From positions 1,550,001 through 1,614,000 of the forward strand of contig OZ059896.1 in NCBI GenBank assembly GCA_964057225.1: 64,000 nt of DNA, written 5' to 3'. A model generated the notes under the pieces. It searched no databases and had not been told where the DNA came from. It saw nothing but the letters and a program-made list of their open reading frames with translations. Of this stretch, positions 43,811 to 55,329 are shown in pieces (the first letter of the stretch is position 1; each line of letters opens with the position of its first letter). Both the position numbers and the translations under genes were made by a program. This DNA is from Auanema rhodensis (lineage: Eukaryota; Animalia; Nematoda).

Positions 43811-46800
43811 GATATTGGTTCATGGTAACCATGACTTTGAAATTTACGTGAACTTTAATTTATGCTAATTAAATGTACACGTGATGTGCACTTGGTATGT
43901 AACTCGCTTCACGTGAAAGATAAAGAGATGCGGTTTTCAAAATTAAATTCCCCATGTCCATATTAGTCTAAAAACAAATTTTTATTGATATTGGTTCATG
44001 GTAACCATGACTTTGAAATTTACGTGAACTTTAATTTATGCTAATTGAATGTACACGTGATGTGCACTTGGTATGTAACTCGCTTCACGTGAAAGATAAA
44101 GAGATGCGGTTTTCAAAATTAAATTCCCCATGTCCATATTAGTCTAAAAACAAATTTTTATTGATATTGGTTCATGGTAACCATGACTTTGAAATTTACG
44201 TGAACTTTAATTTATGCTAATTAAATGTACACGTGATGTGCACTTGGTATGTAACTCGCTTCACGTGAAAGATAAATAGATGCGGTTTTCAAAATTAGAT
44301 TCCCCATGTCCAAATTAGTCTAAAAACAAATTTTTATTGATATTGGTTCATGGTAACCATGACTTTGAAATTTACGTGAACTTCAATTTATGCTAATTTA
44401 ATGTACACGTGATGTGCACTTGGTATGTAACTCGCTTCACGTGAAAGATAAAGAGATGCGGTTTTCACAATTAGATTCCCCATGTCCATATTAGTCTAAA
44501 AACAAATTTTCATTGATATTGGTGCATGGTAACCATGACTTTGAAATTTACGTGAACTTTAATTTATGCTAATTAAATGTACACGTGATGAGCACTTGGT
44601 ATGTAACTCGCTTCACGTGAAAGATAAAGAGATGCGGTTTTCAAAATTAGATTCCCCATGTCCATATTAGTCTAAAAACAAATTTTTATTGATATTGGTT
44701 CATGCTAACCATGACTTTGAAATTTACGTGAACTTTAATTTATGCTAATTGAATGTACACGTGATGTGCACTTGGTATGTAACTCGCTTTACGTGAAAGA
44801 TAAAGAGATGCGGTTTTCAAAATTAGATTCCCCATGTCCATATTAGTCTAAAAACAAATTTTTATTGATATTGGTTCATGGTAACCATGACTTTGAAATT
44901 TACGTGAACTTTAATTTATGCTAATTGAATGTACACGTGATGTGCACTTGGTATGTAACTCGCTTCACGTGAAAGATAAAGAGATGCGGTTTTCAAAGTT
45001 AGATTCCCCATGTCCAAATTAGTCTAAAAACAAATTTTTATTGATATTGGTTCATGGTAACCATGACTTTGAAATTTACGTGAACTTTAATTTATGCTAA
45101 TTAAATGTACACGTGATGTGCACTTGGTATGTAACTCGCTTCACGTGAAAGATAAAGAGATGCGGTTTTCACATTTAGATTCCCCATGTCCATATTAGTC
45201 TAAAAACAAATTTTTATTGATATTGATTCATGGTAACCATGACTTTGAAATTTACGTAAACTTCAATTTATGCTAATTAAATGTACACGTGATGTGCACT
45301 TGGTATGTAACTCGCTTCACGTGAAAGATAAATAGACGCGGTTTTCAAAATTAGATTCCCCATGTCCAAATTAGTCTAAAAACAAATTTTTATTTATATA
45401 GGTTCATGGTAACCATGACTTTGAAATTTACGTGAACTTTAATTTATGCTAATTTAATGTACACGTGATGTGCACTTGGTATGTAACTCGCTTCACGTGA
45501 AAGATAAAGAGATGCGGTTTTCACAATTAGATTCCCCATGTCCATATTAGTCTAAAAACAAATTTTTATTGATATTGATTCATGGTAACCATGACTTTGA
45601 AATTTACGTGAACTTCAATTTATGCTAATTAAATGTACACGTGATGTGCACTTGGTATGTAACTCGCTTCACGTGAAAGATAAATAGACGCGGTTTTCAA
45701 AATTAGATTCCCCATGTCCAAATTAGTCTAAAAACAAATTTTTATTGATATTGGTTCATGGTAACCATGACTTTGAAATTTACGTGAACTTTAATTTATG
45801 CTAATTTAATGTACACGTGATGTGCCCTTGGTATGTAACTCGCTTCACGTGAAAGATAAAGAGATGCGGTTTTCAAAATTAGATTCCCCATGTCCATATT
45901 AGTCTAAAAACAAATTTTTATTGATATTGGTTCATGGTAACCATGACTTTGAAATTTACGTGAACTTCAATTTATGCTAATTAAATGTACACGTGATGTG
46001 CACTTGGTATGTAACTCGCTTCACGTGAAAGATAAAGAGATGCGGTTTTCAAAATTAGATTCCCCATGTCCATATTAGTCTAAAAACAAATTTTTATTGA
46101 TATTGGTTCATGGTAACCATGACTTTGAAATTTACGTGAACTTCAATTTATGCTAATTAAATGTACACGTGATGTGCACTTGGTATGTAACTCGCTTCAC
46201 GTGAAAGATAAAGAGATGCGGTTTTCAAAATTAGATTCCCCATGTCCATATTAGTCTAAAAACAAATTTTTATTGATATTGGTTCATGGTAACCATGACT
46301 TTGAAATTTACGTGAACTTTAATTTTTGCTAATTTAATGTACACGTGATGTGCACTTGGTATGTAACTCGCTTCACGTGAAAGATAAATAGATGCGGTTT
46401 TCAAAATTAGATTCCCCATATCCAAATTAGTCTAAAAACAAATTTTTATTGATATTGGTTCATGGTAACCATGACTTTGAAATTTACGTGAACTTTAATT
46501 TATGCTAATTAAATGTACACGTGATGTGCACTTGGTATGTAACTCGCTTCACGTGAAAGATAAAGAGATGCGGTTTTCAAAATTAGATTTCCCATGTCCA
46601 TATTAGTCTAAAAACAAATTTTTATTGATATTGGTTCATGGTAACCATGACTTTGAAATTTAGGTGAACTTTAATTTATGCTAATTAAATGTACACGTGA
46701 TGTGCACTTGGTATGTAACTCGCTTCACGTGAAAGATAAAGAGATGCGGTTTTCAAAATTAGATTCCCCATGTCCATATTAGTTTAAAAACAAATTTTTA

Positions 46801-49800
46801 TTGATATTGGTTCATGGTAACCATGACTTTGAAATTTACGTAAACTTTAATTTATGCTAATGAAATGTACACGTGATGTGCACTCGGTATGTAACTCGCT
46901 TCACGTGAAAGATAAATGGATGCGGTTTTCAAAATTAGATTCCCCATGTCCATATTAGTCTAAAAACAAATTTTTATTGATATTGGTGCATGGTAACCAT
47001 GACTTTGAAATTTAGGTGAACTGTAATTTATGCTAATTAAATGTACACGTGATGTGCACTTGGTATGTAACTCGCTTCACGTGAAAGATAAAGAGATGCG
47101 GTTTTCAAAATTAGATTCCCCATGTCCATATTAGTCTAAAAACAAATTTTTTATTGATATTGGTTCATGGTAACCATGACTTTGAAATTTACGTGAACTT
47201 TAATTTATGCTAATGAAATGTACACGTGATGTGCACTCGGTATGTAACTCGCTTCACGTGAAAGATAAAGAGATGCGGTTTTCACAATTAGATTCCCCAT
47301 GTCCATATTAGTCTAAAAACAAATTTTTATTGATATTGATTCATGGTAACCATGACTTTGAAATTTACGTAAACTTCAATTTATGCTAATTAAATGTACA
47401 CGTGATGTGCACTTGGTATGTAACTCGCTTCACGTGAAAGATAAATAGACGCGGTTTTCAAAATTAGATTCCCCATGTCCAAATTAGTCTAAAAACAAAT
47501 TTTTATTTATATAGGTTCATGGTAACCATGACTTTGAAATTTACGTGAACTTTAATTTATGCTAATTAAATGTACACGTGATGTGCACTTGGTATGTAAC
47601 TCGCTTCACGTGAAAGATAAATAGACGCGGTTTTCAAAATTAGATTCCCCATGTCCAAATTAGTCTAAAAACAAATTTTTATTTATATTGGTTCATGGTA
47701 ACCATGACTTTAAAATTTACGTGAACTTTAATTTATGCTAATTTAATGTACACGTGATGTGCACTTGGTATGTAACTCGCTTCACGTGAAAGATAAATAG
47801 ACGCGGTTTTCAAAATTAGATTCCCCATGTCCAAATTAGTCTAAAAACAAATTTTTATTTATATTGGTTCATGGTAACCATGACCTTGAAATTTACGTGA
47901 ACTTTAATTTATGCTAATTTAATGTACACGTGATGTGCACTTGGTATGTAACTCGCTTCACGTGAAAGATAAAGAGATGCGGTTTTCACAATTAGATTCC
48001 CCATGTCCATATTAGTCTAAAAACAAATTTTTATTGATATTGGTGCATGGTAACCATGACTTTGAAATTTACGTGAACTTTAATTTATGCTAATTAAATG
48101 TACACGTGATGGGCACTTCGTATGTAACTCGCTTCACGTGAAAGATAAATAGATGCGGTTTTCCAAATTAGATTCCCCATGTCCAAATTAGTCTAAAAAC
48201 AAATTTTTATTGATTTTGGTTCATGGTAACCATGACTTTGAAATTTACGTGAACTTTAATTTATGCTAATTTAATGTACACGTGATGTGCCCTTGGTATG
48301 TAACTCGCTTCACGTGAAAGATAAAGAGATGCGGTTTTCAAAATTAGATTCCCCATGTCCATATTAGTCTAAAAACAAATTTTTATTGATATTGGTTCAT
48401 GGTAACCATGACTTTGAAATTTACGTGAACTTTAATTTATGCTAATTAAATGTACACGTGATGTGCACTTGGTATGTAACTCGCTTCACGTGAAAGATAA
48501 AAAGATGCGGTTTTCAAAATTAGATTCCCCATGTCCATATTAGTCTAAAAACAAATTTTTATTGATATTGGTTCATGGTAACCATGACTTTGAAATTTAG
48601 GTGAACTTTAATTTATGCTAATTAAATGTACACGTGATGTGCACTTGGTATGTAACTCGCTTCACGTGAAAGATAAAAAGATGCGGTTTTCCAAATTAGA
48701 TTCCCCATGTCCAAATTAGTCTAAAAACAAATTTTTATTGATATTGGTTCATGGTAACCATGACTTTGAAATTTACGTGAACTTTAATTTATGCTAATTT
48801 AATGTACACGTGATGTGCCCTTGGTATGTAACTCGCTTCACGTGAAAGATAAAGAGATGCGGTTTCCAAAATTAGATTCCCCATGTCCATATTAGTCTAA
48901 AAACAAATTTTTATTGATATTGGTTCATGGTAACCATGACTTTGAAATTTACGTGAACTTTAATTTATGCTAATTAAATGTACACGTGATGTGCACTTGG
49001 TATGTAACTCGCTTCACGTGAAAGATAAAGAGATGCGGTTTTCAAAATTAGATTCCCCATGTCCATATTAGTCTAAAAACAAATTTTTATTGATATTGAT
49101 TCATGGTAACCATGACTTTGAAATTTACGTGAACTTTAATTTATGCTAATTAAATGTACACGTGATGTGCACTTGGTATGTAACTCGCTTCACGTGAAAG
49201 ATAAAAAGATGCGGTTTTCCAAATTAGATTCCCCATGTCCAAATTAGTCTAAAAACAAATTTTTATTGATATTGGTTCATGGTAACCATGACTTTGAAAT
49301 TTACGTGAACTTTAATTTATGCTAATTTAATGTACACGTGATGTGCCCTTGGTATGTAACTCGCTTCACGTGAAAGATAAAGAGATGCGGTTTCCAAAAT
49401 TAGATTCCTCATGTCCATATTAGTCTAAAAACAAATTTTTATTGATATTGGTTCATGGTAACCATGACTTTGAAATTTACGTGAACTTTAATTTATGCTA
49501 ATTAAATGTACACGTGATGTGCACTTGGTATGTAACTCGCTTCACGTGAAAGATAAAGAGATGCGGTTTTCAAAATTAGATTCCCCATGTCCATATTAGT
49601 CTAAAAACAAATTTTTATTGATATTGGTTCATGGTAACCATGACTTTGAAATTTAGGTGAACTTTAATTTATGCTAATGAAATGTACACGTGATGTGCAC
49701 TCGGTATGTAACTCGCTTCACGTGAAAGATAAATGGATGCGGTTTTCAAAATTAGATTCCCCATGTCCATATTAGTCTGAAAACAAATTTTTATTGCTAT

Positions 49801-50339
49801 TGGTTCATGCTAACCATGACTTTGAAATTTACGTGAACTTTAATTTATGCTAATTAAATGTACACGTGATGTGCACTTGGTATGTAACTCGCTTCACGTG
49901 AAAGATAAAGAGATGCGCTTTTCAAAATTAGATTCCCCATGTCCATATTAGTCTAAAAACAAATTTTTATTGATATTGGTTCATGGTAACCATGACTTTG
50001 AAATTTACGTGAACTTTAATTTATGCTAATTAAATGTACACGTGATGTGCACTTGGTATGTAACTCGCTTCACGTAAAAGATAAAGAGATGCGGTTTTCA
50101 AAATTAGATTCCCCATGTCCATATTAGTCTGAAAACAAATTTTTATTGATATTGGTTCATGGTAACCATGACTTTGAAATTTACGTGAACTTCAATTTAT
50201 GCTAATTAAATGTACACGTGATGTGCACTTGGTATGTAACTCGCTTCACGTAAAAGATAAATGGATGCGGTTTTCAAAATTAGATTCCCCATGTCCATAT
50301 TAGTCTGAAAACAAATTTTTATTGATATTGGTTCATGGT

Positions 50340-52080
50340 AACCATGACTTTGAAATTTACGTGAACTTTAATTTATGCTAATTAAATGTACACGTGATGT
50401 GCACTTGGTATGTAACTCGCTTCACGTGAAAGATGAAGAGATGCGGTTTTCAAAATTAGATTCCCCATGTCCATATTAGTCTAAAAACAAATTTTTATTG
50501 ATGTTGGTTCATGGTAACCATGACTTTGAAATTTACGTGAACTTTAATTTATGCTAATTAAATGTACACGTGATGTGCACTTGGTATGTAACTCGCTTCA
50601 CGTGAAAGAAAAAGAGATGCGGTTTTCAAAATTAGATTCCCCATGTCCATATTAGTCTAAAAACAAATTTTTATTGATATTGGTTCATGGTAACCATGAC
50701 TTTGAAATTTACGTGAACTTTAATTTATGCTAATTAAATGTACACGTGATGTGCACTTGGTATGTAACTCGCTTCACGTGAAAGATAAAGAGATGCGGTT
50801 TTTAAAATTAGATTCCACATGTCCATATTAGTCTAAAAACAAATTTTTATTGATATTGGTTCATGGTAACCATGACTTTGAAATTTACGTGAACTTTAAT
50901 TTATGCTAATTAAATGTACACGTGATGTGCACTTGGTATGTAACTCGCTTCACGTGAAAGATAAAGAGATGCGGTTTTCAAAATTAGATTCCCCATGTCC
51001 ATATTAGTCTAAAAACAAATTTTTATTGATATTGGTGCATGGTAACCATGACTTTGAAATTTACGTGAACTTTAATTTATGCTAATTAAATGTACACGTG
51101 ATGTGCACTTGGTATGTAACTCGCTTCACGTGAAAGATAAAGAGATGCGGTTTTCAAAATTAGATTCCCCATGTCTATATTAGTCTAAAAACAAATTTTT
51201 ATTGATATTGGTTCATGGTAACCATGACTTTGAAATTTACGTGAACTTTAATTTATGCTAATTAAATGTACACGTGATGTGCACTTGGTATGTAACTCGC
51301 TTCACGTGAAAGATGAAGAGATGCGGTTTTCAAAATTAGATTCCCCATGTCCATATTAGTCTAAAAACAAATTTTTATTGATATTGGTTCATGGTAACCA
51401 TGACTTTGAAATTTACGTGAACTTTAATTTATGCTAATTAAATGTACACGTGATGTGCACTTGGTATGTAACTCGCTTCACGTGAAAGAAAAAGAGATGC
51501 GGTTTTCAAAATTAGATTCCCCATGTCCATATTAGTCTAAAAACAAATTTTTATTGATATTGGTTCATGGTAACCATGACTTTGAAATTTACGTGAACTT
51601 TAATTTATGCTAATTAAATGTACACGTGATGTGCACTTGGTATGTAACTCGCTTCACGTGAAAGATAAAGAGATGCGGTTTTTAAAATTAGATTCCACAT
51701 GTCCATATTAGTCTAAAAACAAATTTTTATTGATATTGGTTCATGGTAACCATGACTTTGAAATTTACGTGAACTTTAATTTATGCTAATTAAATGTACA
51801 CGTGATGTGCACTTGGTATGTAACTCGCTTCACGTGAAAGATAAAGAGATGCGGTTTTCAAAATTAGATTCCCCATGTCCATATTAGTCTAAAAACAAAT
51901 TTGTATTGATATTGGTGCATGGTAACCATGACTTTGAAATTTACGTGAACTTTAATTTATGCTAATTAAATGTACACGTGATGTGCACTTGGTATGTAAC
52001 TCGCTTCACGTGAAAGATAAAGAGATGCGGTTTTCAAAATTAGATTCCCCATGTCTATATTAGTCTAAAAACAAATTTTT
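50340..52080. repeat. SatA 5-mer (880-bp) tandem duplication
   Basis: AGATGAAGAG 50431/51311, GATTCCACAT 50811/51691 and ATGTCTATAT 51171/52051 are all 880 bp apart. Confidence 0.88.
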
Positions 52081-53224
52081 ATTGATATTGATTCATGGTA
52101 ACAATGACTTTGAAATTTACGTGAACTTTAATTTATGCTAATTAAATGTACACGTGATGTGCACTTGGTATGTAACTCGCTTCACGTGAAAGATAAAGAG
52201 ATGCGGTTTTCAAAATTAGATTCCCCATGTCCATATTAGTCTAAAAACAAATTTTTATTGATATTGGTTCATGGTAACCATGACTTTGAAATTTACGTGA
52301 ACTTTAATTTATGCTAATTAAATGTACACGTGATGTGCACTTGGTAGGTAACTCGCTTCACGTGAAAGATAAAGAGATGCGGTTTTCAAAATTAGATTCC
52401 CCATGTCCATATTAGTCTAAAAACAAATTTTTATTGATATTGGTGCATGGTAACCATAACTTTGAAATTTACGTGAACTTTAATTTATGCTAATTAAATG
52501 TACACGTGATGTGCACTTGGTATGTAACTCGCTTCACGTGAAAGATAAAGAGATGCGGTTTTCAAAATTAGATTCCCCATGTCCATATTAGTCTAAAAAC
52601 AAATTTTTATTGATATTGGTTCATGGTAACCATGACTTTGAAATTTACGTGAACTTTAATTTATGCTAATTAAATGTACACGTGATGTGCACTTGGTATG
52701 TAACTCGCTTCACGTGAAAGAAGAAGAGATGCGGTTTTTAAAATTAGATTCCCCATGTCCATATTAGTCTAAAAACAAATTTTTATTGATATTGGTTCAT
52801 GGTAACCATGACTTTGAAATTTACGTGAACTTTAATTTATGCTAATTTAATGTACACGTGATGTGCACTTGGTATGTAACTCGCTTCACGTGAAAGATAA
52901 AGAGATGCGGTTTTCACAATTAGATTCCCCATGTCCATATTAGTCTAAAAACAAATTTTTATTGATATTGGTGCATGGTAACCATGACTTTGAAATTTAC
53001 GTGAACTTTAATTTATGCTAATTAAATGTACACGTGATGTGCACTTGGTATGTAACTCGCTTCACGTGAAAGATAAAGAGATGCGGTTTTCAAAATTAGA
53101 TTCCCCATGTCCATATTAGTCTAAAAACAAATTTTTATTGATATTGGTTCATGGTAACCATGACTTTGAAATTTACGTGAACTTTAATTTATGCTAATTA
53201 AATGTACACGTGATGTGCACTTGG

Positions 53225-53245
53225 TATGTAACTTGTCAAAATGTT
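53225..53245. other. Abrupt SatA/SatB array junction
   Basis: ...GGTATGTAAC T TGTCAAAATG...: SatA consensus is followed to monomer position 81 (T53233). SatB consensus (..TTTTTGTCAAAATG) matches from T53233. No inserted bases. Confidence 0.97.
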
Positions 53246-53366
53246 TTTGGAAGCAATTTTGAGTGTACATGGAAACTCAACATACACTAGTGCATCATTT
53301 TTCAAACGATCATAACTAATTTTTGTATTAAGCTTTTCTCAATGTAGTTTAGTGCATTCGATGCGG

Positions 53367-53417
53367 ATTTTTAAGCTGCGTAGATCTGTGTTATCAGATT
53401 TGCGCTAGCTTAAAAAT
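53367..53417. other. 51-nt quasi-palindrome (hairpin/cruciform-capable), one per SatB monomer; first copy shown
   Basis: ATTTTTAAGCT-GCGTAGATCTG-TGTTAT-CAGATTTGCGC-T-AGCTTAAAAAT: 11 perfect pairs, a 1-nt bulge, 11 more pairs (2 are G-T) and a 6-nt loop. Confidence 0.85.
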
Positions 53418-55329
53418 GCACCGAGATATCAACTGATATAAGTTCACACTTATATCCTTGATTTTCACCCTGAAGAATTAATTTTTTCGTTGAATAACAT
53501 TGTCCATCGTTTTTGCCTTGAAAAAAGGAATCTAAAAACATCTACTTTTTGCTAAATTATCTTGAAATTTTTCGAAAAAATTTTTGTCAAAATGTTTTTG
53601 GAAGCAATTTTGAGTGTACATGGAAACTCAACATACACTAATGCATCATTTTTCAAACGATCATAACTAATTTTTGTATTAAGCGTTTCTCAATGTAGTA
53701 TAGTGCATTCGATGCGGATTTTTAAGCTGCGTCGATCTGTACTATCAGATTTGCGCTAGCTTGAAAATGCACCGAGATATCAACTGATATAAGTTCACAC
53801 TTATATCCTCGATTTTCACCCTGAAGAATTAATTTTTTCGTTGAATAACATTGTCCATCGTTTTTGCCTTGAAAAAAGGAATCTAGAAACATCTACTTTT
53901 TGCTAAATTATTTTGAATTTTTTCGAAAAAAGTTTTGTCAAAATGTTTTTGGAAGCAATTTTGAGTGTACATGGAAACTCAACATACACTAATGCATCAT
54001 TTTTCAAACGATCATAACTAATTTTTGTATTAAGCTTTTCTCAATGTAGTTTAGTGCATTCGATGCGGATTTTTAAGCTGCGTAGATCTGTGTTATCAGA
54101 TTTGCGCTAGCTTAAAAATGCACCGAGATATCAACTGATATAAGTTCACACCTATATCCTCGATTTTCACCCTGAAGAATTAATTTTTTCGTTGAATAAC
54201 ATTGTCCATCGTTTTTGCCTTGAAAAAAGGAATCTAGAAACATCTACTTTTTGCTAAATTATTTTGAAATTTTTCGAAAAAAGTTTTGTCAAAATGTTTT
54301 TGGAAGCAATTTTGAGTGTACATGGAAACTCAACATACACTAATGCATCATTTTTCAAACGATCATAACTAATTTTTGTATTAAGCTTTTCTCAATGTAG
54401 TTTAGTGCATTCGATGCGGATTTTAAGCTGCGTAGATCTGTGTTATCAGATTTGCGCTAGCTTAAAAATGCACCGAGATATCAACTGATATAAGTTCACA
54501 CTTATATCCTCGATTTTCACCCTGAAGAATTAATTTTTTCGTTGAATAACATTGTCCATCGTTTTTGCCTTGAAAAAAGGAATCTAAAAACATCTACTTT
54601 TTGCTAAATTATTTTGAAATATTTCGAAAAAATTTTTGTCGAAATGTTTTTGGAAGCCATGTTGAGTGTACATGGAAACTCAACATACAGTAATGCATCA
54701 TTTTTCAAACGATCATAACTAATTTTTGTATTTAGCTTTTCTCAATGTAATATAGTGCATTCGATGCGGATTTTTAAGCTGCGTAGATCTGTGTTATCAG
54801 ATTTGCGCTAGCTTAAAAATGCACCGAGATATCAACTGATATAAGTTCACACCTATATCCTCGATTTTCACCCTGAAGAATTAATTTTTTCGTTGAATAA
54901 CATTGTCCAACGTTTTTGCCTTGAAAAAAGGAATCTAAAAACATCTACTTTTTGCTAAATTATTTTGAAATTTTTCGAAAAAAGTTTTGTCAAAATGTTT
55001 TTGGAAGCAATTTTGAGTGTACATGGAAACTCAACATACACTAATGCATCATTTTTCAAACGATCATAACTAATTTTTGTATTAAGCGTTTCTCAATGTA
55101 GTAAAGTGCATTCGATGCGGAATTGTAAGCTGCGTCGATCTGTACTAACAGATTTGCGCTAGCTTGAAAATGCACCGAGATATCAACTGATATAAGTTCA
55201 CACCTATATCCTCGATTTTCACCCTGAAGAATTAATTTTTTCGTTGAATAACTATGTCTATCGTTTTTGCCTCAAAAAAAGGAATCTAAAAACATCTACT
55301 TTTCGCTAAATTATTTTGAAATTTTTCGA

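Larger units (their letters stand above)
1..53233. repeat. SatA: 176-bp tandem satellite array (302 full monomers plus 81-bp partial), candidate centromeric/pericentromeric satellite
   Basis: GGTAACCATG recurs at 1, 177, 353 ... 53153 (53152 = 302 x 176). Consensus: GGTAACCATGACTTTGAAATTTACGTGAACTTTAATTTATGCTAATTAAATGTACACGTGATGTGCACTTGGTATGTAACTCGCTTCACGTGAAAGATAAAGAGATGCGGTTTTCAAAATTAGATTCCCCATGTCCATATTAGTCTAAAAACAAATTTTTATTGATATTGGTTCAT. Monomers typically differ from it at 0-5 positions and all lie in one orientation. The centromeric role is inference from monomer size and homogeneity only. Confidence 0.99.

Noticed and set aside
53470-53530. Possible hammerhead ribozyme/retrozyme: CTGAAGA (variant CTGAGGA) matches the CUGANGA core, with GAAA downstream, in a ~350-bp tandem unit
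   Set aside because: I could not build helix I, II or III around the core. There is no partner for the TTTTCACC upstream and no stem closing before GAAA, and no CUGANGA on the minus strand or in SatA. An Infernal search with Rfam hammerhead models would settle it.
53233-53585. SatB as a recognisable dimer of two ~176-bp halves
   Set aside because: Only trivial AT-rich matches between the halves by eye (e.g. AAAATG). Not supportable without computation.
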